Shown in pieces: positions 49,981-58,229 of a stretch of 58,229 bases of DNA (positions are counted from its first letter, which is position 1; each line of letters starts with the position of its first letter). The DNA comes from Ginsengibacter sp. (GTDB taxonomy: Bacteria; Bacteroidota; Bacteroidia; Chitinophagales; Chitinophagaceae), in the NCBI GenBank assembly GCA_039922615.1, contig JBDTEF010000006.1:1-58229 (forward strand), in the 5' to 3' direction. The notes beneath the pieces are model-generated. The model saw only the letters and a program-made list of their open reading frames with translations. It was not told the origin of the DNA and searched no databases. The translations under genes were made by a program, and so were the position numbers.

Positions 49981-52095
49981 ATCATCACAACTACCAATTC
50001 CATATTATCCAATCCTATTGAATACCTGAAGGGAGTAGGCCCGATTAAGGCTGAACTTTTAAAAAAAGAAATCAATATTTTCACCTTTAATGATCTTTTG
50101 GAATACTTCCCTTTCCGGCACATCGATAGAACCAAAATAACACCCATCAGAGAAATTGATGGTAATTCCGATTATGTACAGGTATTGGGTAAGGTCACTG
50201 CTTTAGAAATAATGGGAGAGAAAAGAGGAAGAAGACTGGTGGCAACTCTTTTCGATGGCACAGGCGAGATGGAACTAATCTGGTTCCAGGGTATTTCATG
50301 GGTCGAAAAATTACTGCACGTGGGTGGTCGTTACCGCATTTTTGGAAAGGTGGGATTTTATATGAGCTTACCACAAATATCCCATGCAGAATTTGAACCG
50401 GTAAATGATGAAAATATTAATACCCGAAATTTCCTGGAACCCGTTTATTCCAGTACTGAAAAATTAAGAACAAGAGGTCTTGGTGGTCGCCAGGTTGCCC
50501 AATTGACGTATACTTTATTAAACCTTCTTTCAGAAAAGGATCTACCCGAGAACATCCCGGCAGATATTTTACAAAAATTCAGGTTATTAAACAGGTTTGA
50601 AGCTTTTAAATTTATTCATTTCCCAAAGAATACAGAAGAATATGACAATGCGGTGAGAAGGATCAAATTTGAGGAATTATTCCTGGCCCAATTACGAATG
50701 GGTTTATTAAGGGTAAAAAGACATACTTCATCTCATGGTGTTATATTTGAGAAAGTAGGTAATTTATTCAATGATTTTTATAAAAATCATTTACCTTTTG
50801 AATTGACCAACGCACAAAAGAAAGTGCTAAAAGAAATACGAAAAGATGTAGGAAGCGGCAAACAAATGAACCGATTATTACAGGGCGATGTCGGAAGCGG
50901 GAAAACCATGGTTGCATTAATGGCAATGCTTATCGCGGCAGATAACGGTTTTCAAAGTTGTTTCATGGCTCCTACCGAAATCCTTGCCAGGCAACATTTT
51001 GAGAGCCTAAAAAGCCTGCTAATTGATGTGGATGTGAAAATTGGTATCATCACGGGATCATCTTCAGCGAAAGAAAAAAGAGAAATGCTGGCGCAATGTG
51101 AAGGAGGAACTATCCAGATCATGACAGGTACCCATGCATTGATCGAGGACAAAGTCAAGTTCAAAAACCTGGGACTGGCGATCGTAGATGAGCAACATAA
51201 ATTTGGTGTAGCACAAAGAGCCCGGTTATGGAAAAAAAATGAAATAGCGCCGCATATTTTGGTTATGACAGCCACGCCAATTCCGCGCACACTTGCCCTG
51301 ACTGCATATGGCGATTTAGATACAAGTATCATTGATGAACTCCCGGCTGGTCGTATTCCAATTACCACGGTCCATCGCTTCGATTATAAAAGGGCGCAGG
51401 TAATGAATTTTATAAAAGAAGAAGTACAAAAAGGAAGACAGGCTTACGTCATCTATCCTTTGATCGAGGAATCTGAAAAACTGGATTTTGAAAATCTGAT
51501 GAAAGGATATGAAGAAGTGAAAGCCTATTTCCCTGAACCAAAATACTACATCAGTATGGTACATGGCAAACAGAAACCCGGGCTAAAACAAACCAACATG
51601 AATCGCTTTGTTACGGGTGATACAAATATCATTGTATCAACAACAGTGATAGAGGTAGGCGTAAATGTGCCTAATGCAAGTGTGATGGTAATAGAAAGTG
51701 CAGAAAAGTTCGGTCTCACCCAGTTACATCAATTACGGGGCAGGGTAGGGAGAGGAAATGAAAAAAGTTATTGTATTCTTATTTCGAAGGTTAAACTTTC
51801 CAAAGAAGCGAAAAGCAGGATCAACATTATGTGTGAAACAAATGACGGCTTTAAGATCGCTGAAAAAGATTTGGAAATCAGGGGACCCGGAGATATTGAA
51901 GGTACCCGCCAAAGTGGATTATTAAATTTTAAATTAGCGAATATCATTGAGGATAAACCTATCCTGGAAGCAGCACGGATCGTTTCCGATAAAATTATTG
52001 CTGAAGACGCTAACCTGGAGAAAGATGAAAATCAATGCCTAAAAAACTTTCTAAATGCAAAAAGAGGTAAGACAGTTTGGAGCAAGATTTCATAA
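49981..52095 (+). CDS. recG: ATP-dependent DNA helicase RecG (start extended upstream of the track call at 50098)
   Basis: QGDVGSGKT, DEQH, TATPIPR, QLRGRVGRG and RGPG; the conserved PIEYLKGVGP..AELL N-terminus is in frame upstream of 50098; exact start uncertain. Confidence 0.95.
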   Translation: MITTTNSILSNPIEYLKGVGPIKAELLKKEINIFTFNDLLEYFPFRHIDRTKITPIREIDGNSDYVQVLGKVTALEIMGEKRGRRLVATLFDGTGEMELIWFQGISWVEKLLHVGGRYRIFGKVGFYMSLPQISHAEFEPVNDENINTRNFLEPVYSSTEKLRTRGLGGRQVAQLTYTLLNLLSEKDLPENIPADILQKFRLLNRFEAFKFIHFPKNTEEYDNAVRRIKFEELFLAQLRMGLLRVKRHTSSHGVIFEKVGNLFNDFYKNHLPFELTNAQKKVLKEIRKDVGSGKQMNRLLQGDVGSGKTMVALMAMLIAADNGFQSCFMAPTEILARQHFESLKSLLIDVDVKIGIITGSSSAKEKREMLAQCEGGTIQIMTGTHALIEDKVKFKNLGLAIVDEQHKFGVAQRARLWKKNEIAPHILVMTATPIPRTLALTAYGDLDTSIIDELPAGRIPITTVHRFDYKRAQVMNFIKEEVQKGRQAYVIYPLIEESEKLDFENLMKGYEEVKAYFPEPKYYISMVHGKQKPGLKQTNMNRFVTGDTNIIVSTTVIEVGVNVPNASVMVIESAEKFGLTQLHQLRGRVGRGNEKSYCILISKVKLSKEAKSRINIMCETNDGFKIAEKDLEIRGPGDIEGTRQSGLLNFKLANIIEDKPILEAARIVSDKIIAEDANLEKDENQCLKNFLNAKRGKTVWSKIS

Positions 52096-52232
52096 CCCGG
52101 AAAAATCATTTATGTTAATTGAGTATTAAATCATTGTCAGCTCTTTTAGGAGTGAATCCTGATTAATAATTGTTTCGTAAATTTATGCTTTAACGCAATG
52201 ATTTATTTGTTCATAAATTAACGTCTTTCCAT

Positions 52233-55200
52233 TTGAAAATCTCTTATCCAATCCGGAATTTATTTTTATTTTTATTCTTGGCCTTCATTTATAGTAACGG
52301 TTATTCCCAGGTCCAGTTTATTGAAAATAAAGGGCAGTGGGATGCCAAAGTAAAATTCATGAGCGATGCCGGCGACGGTAAATTTTTTTTACAGGATAAA
52401 GGCTATACAATTACCCAGTATCGTCCGGATGATGTAAAAAATTTGATGAAAAAAAATCATGACTTAAAAAATAATATTGACAAGGCAGCTGACTTGCCGG
52501 AACATGATACAAGGTTAAAGTCCCATGCCTATTCTGTAGAATTTTTGAACGCCCAAACACCTGAAATTGTTCCGGAAAAAACGATCAGCACTGTCAACAA
52601 TTACTTTATTGGCAATGATCCATCTAAATGGGCAGCCAATTGCAAAATTTACCAGGCAGTTTTGTACAAGAATGTCTATCCCGGAATTGACATTCGGTAT
52701 TACATGGATATTTCTAATTCATTGAAATATGATATGATCGTGCATCCTGGTGCAGATATTTCAAAAATTGCTTTAAGGTACAAAGGAATAAATGCACTAT
52801 CTCTGAAAAAGAAAGAATTGGTGATTACAACTCCTTTAGGTGAAAGCAAAGAGCTGCAACCTTACACATTTCAAACCATTAATAATGAAAGGAAGGAAGT
52901 GGATTGTCAATATGAAGTGAAAGGCGATATTGTAAAATTTAAGATAAAAAATTACCAGGCAGATAAAATTCTGATCATAGATCCTTCGCTTGTGTTTTTT
53001 AGTTACTCCGGGAGCACATCTGACAATTGGGGATTTACTGCTACTTACGGTGCCGATGGAAGCATTTATGGTGGTGGTATTGTATTTGGAAACGGGTTTC
53101 CTACAACTCCTGGTGAGCAGAGTAATTTTAATGGAGGTACTTATGATATCGGTATTATAAAATTATCAGCTAATGGCAAAAACAAGCTGTATGCAACTTA
53201 CCTTGGTGGTTCTGGTTCTGAACAACCCCATAGCCTGATAGAAGATTCCAAAGGCAATCTTGTGATTGCAGGAAGAACAAATTCGCCAAACTATCCTACA
53301 AAAGGAAAGGATGGTAGAACGTATGCCGGGTCAGGATCAGACATCATTGTTACCAAATTAAATCAAACCGGCAGCGCTATTATAGGTTCTATGCAAATAG
53401 GTGGAAGTGGAGAAGATGGGGTAAATATAGTTGATCGTAGTAAAAATGAAAAAACCTCTTTAAAAAGGAATTACGGGGATGATGCAAGAAGTGAAGTTTT
53501 ACTTGATGGTAATGATAATATTTATGTGGCAGGTTGCTCCCGTTCCTCCAACTTTCCTACAACTCCCGGGGCCTATCAAAGAACAATGGATGGCGCCCAG
53601 GATGCAGTGGTTTTAAAAATTTCCCCTGATTGTGATAACCTGATTTTTAGCACATTATTAGGAGGCGATAAAGAAGATGCCGCCTATGTATTGGTGCTAG
53701 GGCAAAACAATAGTATTTATGTAGCTGGTGGTACTGCCAGCCCAAACTTTCCTGCCATATCAAAATCTGGTGTTTATAAATCAAATTATTCAACTGCTAC
53801 TACACAAGATAGTGACGCAGCCGATGGATTTATTGTAGAGATGAGCAATGACGGTTCCAAAGTCTTGAGAGGTACTTACATTGGCACTGAAAAGGCTGAC
53901 CAGGTATATGGAATAGAAACAGACGTTTCAGGAAATATTTATGTAATGGGAATTTCCGAAGGGCAGATGCAGCCAATAAATGCCGCCTACTTTAACCAGG
54001 GCTCAAAACAATTTATCACCAAGTTTGATCCTGATCTAAACAAAATTATTTATCAGACCATATTTGGATCAGTAAATTCAACTGTACCTAATATTTCTCC
54101 CACTGCTTTCCTGGTGGACAGATGTGAAAATGTGTATGTTTCCGGCTGGGGAGGATATGCCAATTTTCCTTATCTACGTGGAAATGTCTTAGGTATGCCT
54201 GTAACTGATCCTCAACTAATACGCAATCATGCACCTAATCCTAATAATTTCTACTTTATTGTAATCGGCAGGAATGCAGAAGGCTTGCTTTTCGGTTCCT
54301 ATTATGGCCAGAGAGCATTGGATATTTATAATGAAAAGCAACCCACGTATGGTGATCATGTGGATGGTGGTACAAGCCGTTTTGATAAAAGAGGCATTAT
54401 CTACCAGGCGGAATGTGCGGATTGTGGAGGAAGATCTTCAGTAGGAATCATAGGGACGCCCGGCGTTTGGGCACCGATGAGTTTAGCGCAAACGCAAAGC
54501 AAATGCAACCTGGGCTTAATGAAAATTGAAATGGATTTTAGTGGCGTTTATTCAGCCATCAGATCTTCTATTTACGGGCAGCCCGGTCGTACAAATGGTT
54601 GTGTACCTGTAGAGGTATTATTTGAAGATACCCTTAGATTGGGAAAAGCATATCAGTGGCTATTCGGCGATGGCTCGCCACAGGTAAGAACTACTGTACC
54701 CAGTATAACTCATATTTATAGCCAAATTGGTACTTATAAAGTCAGGTTAATCACCATTGATTCATCCCTTACCTGCCATCCTGAGGACACTTCTTATACA
54801 ACGATCAATATCGGAAACAATAGAGTAAGCCCGGATTTCTCTTTTAAGAGACTTCCGCCATGCGAAAGCCTTGATTATACTTTTACCAATACCACAACTA
54901 ATTATAATGGCGCAGCTTACAAACCAGGTTCCTTTACGTGGGATTTAAATGATGGTACGCCACCTTTTACCACCGATGGAGGAGAAACATTTCAGCATAA
55001 ATTTGCTTCGGAAGGAATTTATAATGTAAAACTTAGTATTGATGATGCTAAATTCTGTAATTCACCTGCAGATACGATAAAGTCATTACATATAGCATTA
55101 AGTGTAAAAGCTAAAATCAGTACACCACCTACTGGCTGCGCACCTTATACAGCTGTATTTACGAATCAATCAGCTGGTGGAGCAGAATTCACCTGGGATT

Positions 55201-55862
55201 TTGGTGACGGCAGCGGAAGGGTACAAACTGAGAGTGCTACTCATCTTTATCAAAATCCCGGCACTTATACTGTGAAGCTAATAGCCTATGACGCAGAAGC
55301 CTGCAATAAAATAGATTCCACTGAAGTAACAATTACGGTAAATCCAAAACCATCGGCATCATTCTCTTTCTCTCCGTTGGAGCCTATAGAAAATACCTTT
55401 ACCCAATATGATAATAAATCCTTTAATGCGGATACATATACATGGGATTTCGGTGATGGAGAAAAATCTACTGATAAGAATCCACGCCATATTTTCCCGG
55501 CAACAGGAACTTATAATGTCTGTCTCTCTGCAATGAATTCATTTGGATGTGCAGATACTACCTGCGCAGAAGTGAAAGCAATCATAAGACCGCTTCTCGC
55601 TGTACCTAATGCATTTACTCCTCATCAGCCCGGACCAAACAGCAGTATAAAAGTGATAGGATTTGGTATAGTGAAAATGCAATGGACTATTTATAATCGT
55701 TGGGGTCAGAAGGTGTTTGAGGCAAATAATCCTGACGCAGCATGGGACGGCACTTTTAAAGGTTTAATTCAGCCAATAGATGTTTATACGTACACTTTAG
55801 ATGCTGAATTAAGTAATGGTAAAAAAGTAAGGCAGACTGGTGATATTACACTGCTTCGATAA
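52233..55862 (+). CDS. T9SS type-B cargo with SBBP-like beta-propeller repeats and PKD domains
   Basis: FIENKGQW N-terminal domain, TYLGGSG repeats, HVDGGTSRFD, WDFGDG PKD repeats, C-terminal VPNAFTP...IYNRWG...WDG...GDITLLR. Confidence 0.88.
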   Translation: MKISYPIRNLFLFLFLAFIYSNGYSQVQFIENKGQWDAKVKFMSDAGDGKFFLQDKGYTITQYRPDDVKNLMKKNHDLKNNIDKAADLPEHDTRLKSHAYSVEFLNAQTPEIVPEKTISTVNNYFIGNDPSKWAANCKIYQAVLYKNVYPGIDIRYYMDISNSLKYDMIVHPGADISKIALRYKGINALSLKKKELVITTPLGESKELQPYTFQTINNERKEVDCQYEVKGDIVKFKIKNYQADKILIIDPSLVFFSYSGSTSDNWGFTATYGADGSIYGGGIVFGNGFPTTPGEQSNFNGGTYDIGIIKLSANGKNKLYATYLGGSGSEQPHSLIEDSKGNLVIAGRTNSPNYPTKGKDGRTYAGSGSDIIVTKLNQTGSAIIGSMQIGGSGEDGVNIVDRSKNEKTSLKRNYGDDARSEVLLDGNDNIYVAGCSRSSNFPTTPGAYQRTMDGAQDAVVLKISPDCDNLIFSTLLGGDKEDAAYVLVLGQNNSIYVAGGTASPNFPAISKSGVYKSNYSTATTQDSDAADGFIVEMSNDGSKVLRGTYIGTEKADQVYGIETDVSGNIYVMGISEGQMQPINAAYFNQGSKQFITKFDPDLNKIIYQTIFGSVNSTVPNISPTAFLVDRCENVYVSGWGGYANFPYLRGNVLGMPVTDPQLIRNHAPNPNNFYFIVIGRNAEGLLFGSYYGQRALDIYNEKQPTYGDHVDGGTSRFDKRGIIYQAECADCGGRSSVGIIGTPGVWAPMSLAQTQSKCNLGLMKIEMDFSGVYSAIRSSIYGQPGRTNGCVPVEVLFEDTLRLGKAYQWLFGDGSPQVRTTVPSITHIYSQIGTYKVRLITIDSSLTCHPEDTSYTTINIGNNRVSPDFSFKRLPPCESLDYTFTNTTTNYNGAAYKPGSFTWDLNDGTPPFTTDGGETFQHKFASEGIYNVKLSIDDAKFCNSPADTIKSLHIALSVKAKISTPPTGCAPYTAVFTNQSAGGAEFTWDFGDGSGRVQTESATHLYQNPGTYTVKLIAYDAEACNKIDSTEVTITVNPKPSASFSFSPLEPIENTFTQYDNKSFNADTYTWDFGDGEKSTDKNPRHIFPATGTYNVCLSAMNSFGCADTTCAEVKAIIRPLLAVPNAFTPHQPGPNSSIKVIGFGIVKMQWTIYNRWGQKVFEANNPDAAWDGTFKGLIQPIDVYTYTLDAELSNGKKVRQTGDITLLR

Positions 55863-55930
55863 TTTAAAAATAGGTATTATCTGTAGCTTTGGCTTATGAC
55901 TGGTTCTATAATTTGTTCAATTTTTTTGAA

Positions 55931-56956
55931 ATGAAAAACATTATTAAAATAGGATTTTTAACAGCTATCATATCATTCTTTGCTTTGATTGGCATGGGAC
56001 AGGATTTGCACTTTTCGCAATTTTTCAATAATCCACTATTGACCAATCCTGCCAACACGGGATTTATACCTGATGCAGATTACAGATTAGGTGCTTCTTA
56101 CAGAAATCAGTATTCAAATATCCTTGCCCAACCATATAAAACAATGAGTATTTATGGTGACGCACAGGTTTTTCGTAATAAAATAGAAAACGGCTGGATG
56201 GGTTTAGGCGGAGTAGTTTTAAGAGATGTAGCGGGAACAGGCGGTCTTACTTCCACAAAAATATACGGATCTATTGCCTACCACCAAATGCTTGGTGCCA
56301 GTAGTCTCTTAAGTGCAGGGTTCAATGTAGGCTGGGCCAATAAGAGAGTTGATCAAACGAAATTGCTTTTTCCTGATCAATTTGATGGCCAATTTTTTGA
56401 TGCTAAAATACCTACTAACGCCCAGTTGATAAACAATAATATCAGTTATTTTGATTTGCAGGTTGGTCTGAATTATGCATTTTTTCCTACGGAAAACATA
56501 TACATTAATGCAGGATATTCCATTCATCATATCAATACACCAAAGGAAGATTTTTTTGAAAACGATGGAAATGAGCGTATTGGCAGGAGAGAGATTGCTT
56601 TCGTGAATGGAATTTTCAGGGTTGCAGAAAATGTGATCGTCAATCCCAATGCCTATTATACCAATCAGCAAAATGCCAGCGAATTGATGGTGGGCATGAA
56701 CGCTGCGTACAATTTGGCAGATAATGGATCAAAGCAAATAATTGCCGGTTTGTATTATCGCTATGGAGATGCGTTAATTCCGATGGTTGGGCTTGAGGTA
56801 AATAATGTGCGCTTTACATTCAGCTATGATGCCACTGTTTCCACGCTTAAAAATTACAATCGTTCGATGGGCGCCAATGAATTTAATCTAATGAAAAAAG
56901 GTTTTTATAACGAATATTTTGGCAATCGCAAACAAACGCTTTGTCCATCGTTTTAA
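55931..56956 (+). CDS. PorP/SprF family T9SS outer-membrane protein
   Basis: QDLHFSQFF...NPANTG...YRNQ, SYD. Start placed at ATG 55931. Confidence 0.9.
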   Translation: MKNIIKIGFLTAIISFFALIGMGQDLHFSQFFNNPLLTNPANTGFIPDADYRLGASYRNQYSNILAQPYKTMSIYGDAQVFRNKIENGWMGLGGVVLRDVAGTGGLTSTKIYGSIAYHQMLGASSLLSAGFNVGWANKRVDQTKLLFPDQFDGQFFDAKIPTNAQLINNNISYFDLQVGLNYAFFPTENIYINAGYSIHHINTPKEDFFENDGNERIGRREIAFVNGIFRVAENVIVNPNAYYTNQQNASELMVGMNAAYNLADNGSKQIIAGLYYRYGDALIPMVGLEVNNVRFTFSYDATVSTLKNYNRSMGANEFNLMKKGFYNEYFGNRKQTLCPSF

Positions 56957-57228
56957 GATTTTGAATTATTGTGCGTTGAAAGTGAAGTAATTTTTTTGTT
57001 TGTACTTCTTTTACATTTCTTTATAGGTGCATACAATAAAGAACTAATTTACTGGCCCATTCCAGGATCTTATAGAGAAGAGATAGTGAGTAATGATTTG
57101 CTCAATTTATCTTTTAAACCACCTTGTTTTGCCATATCAATGCAACAGGAATTACCAAAATATCTACTAAACTAGAAAGCTTTATACTGGCTGTAGAGAT
57201 AGGATACATTGAATTATTGTTTTCCAAT

Positions 57229-57431
57229 AGCACTATAGGAGCGACATGTTAGTTGCAGCAGCAAATTCGATTTATTGGTCAAAAATGTCTGTAGGAGCGA
57301 CATGCCATTGTACGTTATTTTAAAACCAAATATAAATTCTTAATCCAAAACAACTCACATTTCGCTGTTATGGAGCTACCAAATTTTTACATGAAATTTT
57401 TCTTCTACTAATATAGCACGCTTACTCAGTT
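57229..57431. repeat. Degenerate REP-like cluster (two direct and two inverted copies)
   Basis: taggagcgacatg at 57236-57248 and 57292-57304; inverted relatives catttcgctgttatggagct (57358-57377) and ttctactaatatagcacgcttactcagtt (57403-57431). Confidence 0.55.
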
Positions 57432-57592
57432 AAGGATCTGCAACAGAATTATTCTGTTATCTTAAAAGGTCAGCTTTCAACTTCTACAAGCTAAGGTGCG
57501 TCTATATCCAATACTTTCCGTGTTACATTTGGAACCGCAGTACAATGTCATTTGATCCATTGTATAAACCATTTATCGAAAAATATTTAAGC

Positions 57593-57628
57593 AAAAAAAA
57601 TCCCGCTACATTTCTGTAACGGGATTTT
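57593..57628 (-). terminator. Intrinsic terminator of rpsA
   Basis: Minus strand aaaatcccgttaca-gaaa-tgtagcggga-tttttttt. Confidence 0.85.
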
Positions 57629-57669
57629 AGTTTTATACTGCCCAACATTATGAGCAATAAATCAATTGA

Positions 57670-58229
57670 CTAAGCTTTCGCTTCATCATTATCTTCAGAA
57701 GCTTCCTCTTTATTTTCAGCAACTTCATCTGTAGTTTCAGATGTTTCTTCAGCTTTCGCTTCAGTAGCTACTTCTTCTTTTTCAGAAGTTTCGTCTTCTT
57801 CATTTTCATCAACGGCTTCATCTTTCTTTGCAGCTTTTTTAGCTTTAGCAACTATTTGCTTCGGCTCATCAGCTGGTGGAGTAGGAGTTTGCACTGTTTC
57901 TGTTTCTTCTTCTTTACCGGTTGTAGATGATGTTTCAGGTTCAGCATTATCACCATCCATTTTCTGCTTCAAAGCAGCAAGAACGCCTAAATCGCCCAAA
58001 GTAGTTTTTTCAACTTTACTCTGAATAGATTTTACTGCTTTCTTAGTAGTTTCAGCATCTGCTCTTTTCTCTTTGATCTGAGCATTTACTTCATCCGCTT
58101 TTACTTTTTCCCAGATACGGCTATGACTCAAAATGATTTTTTTATCATTACGGTCAAATTCAATCACCATGAATGGAGCGATTTCATCGATACCAACTAA
58201 CTTCTCATCTTCACGACGAAGATGGCGGG
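57670..58229 (-). CDS. rpsA: 30S ribosomal protein S1, 3' part (frame open to window edge)
   Basis: RHLRREDEK...FMVIEFDRNDKKIILSHSRIWE and KTTLGDLGVLAALK, typical of the Bacteroidota S1 C-terminus. Confidence 0.9.
   Translation of the reverse strand, partial: RHLRREDEKLVGIDEIAPFMVIEFDRNDKKIILSHSRIWEKVKADEVNAQIKEKRADAETTKKAVKSIQSKVEKTTLGDLGVLAALKQKMDGDNAEPETSSTTGKEEETETVQTPTPPADEPKQIVAKAKKAAKKDEAVDENEEDETSEKEEVATEAKAEETSETTDEVAENKEEASEDNDEAKA

Noticed and set aside
2950-56671. Many 60-195 aa ORFs antisense to or nested in long genes (e.g. 38657-39244, 42717-43109, 50952-51368, 15880-16251)
   Set aside because: They are shadow frames of well-supported genes and have no recognisable motifs.
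56969-57175. 68-aa ORF after the second porP
   Set aside because: Non-ATG start, atypical composition and no motif; probably spurious.

Overview
A 58-kb AT-rich chromosomal window from a Bacteroidota genome, most likely Chitinophagaceae (inferred from T9SS type-B cargo/PorP pairs, TamB/TamL, SprE and TAnnTTTG promoter boxes). Core genes are yraN (partial), an M16 peptidase, rnhA, an acyl-CoA carboxylase beta subunit, sodC, mutS, a class A PBP, recG and rpsA (partial). There is also an exonuclease/ATP-dependent ligase repair pair and two large PKD-repeat T9SS substrates, each with its own PorP/SprF gene. I saw no rRNA, tRNA, CRISPR array, prophage or intact transposase. The best candidate for an undescribed system is a tightly coupled five-gene minus-strand operon (37180->28249). 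It encodes an SdiA-regulated-type beta-propeller lipoprotein, a fusion of purple-acid-phosphatase, atypical kinase-like and Omp85-barrel domains, an HD hydrolase fused to a Pycsar-effector-like (DUF5706) membrane domain, polyphosphate kinase 1, and a membrane class III nucleotidyl cyclase with non-canonical base-specificity residues. tamB-tamL follows on the same strand. A sigma54-like GG-N10-GT box precedes this operon, tamB, the repair pair and an AsmA-like gene. Other points are a recG with no canonical start codon for its conserved N-terminus, an uncalled 54-aa membrane protein, REP-like elements and 7/8-mer tandem arrays. All family assignments come from motif recognition, not database searches.
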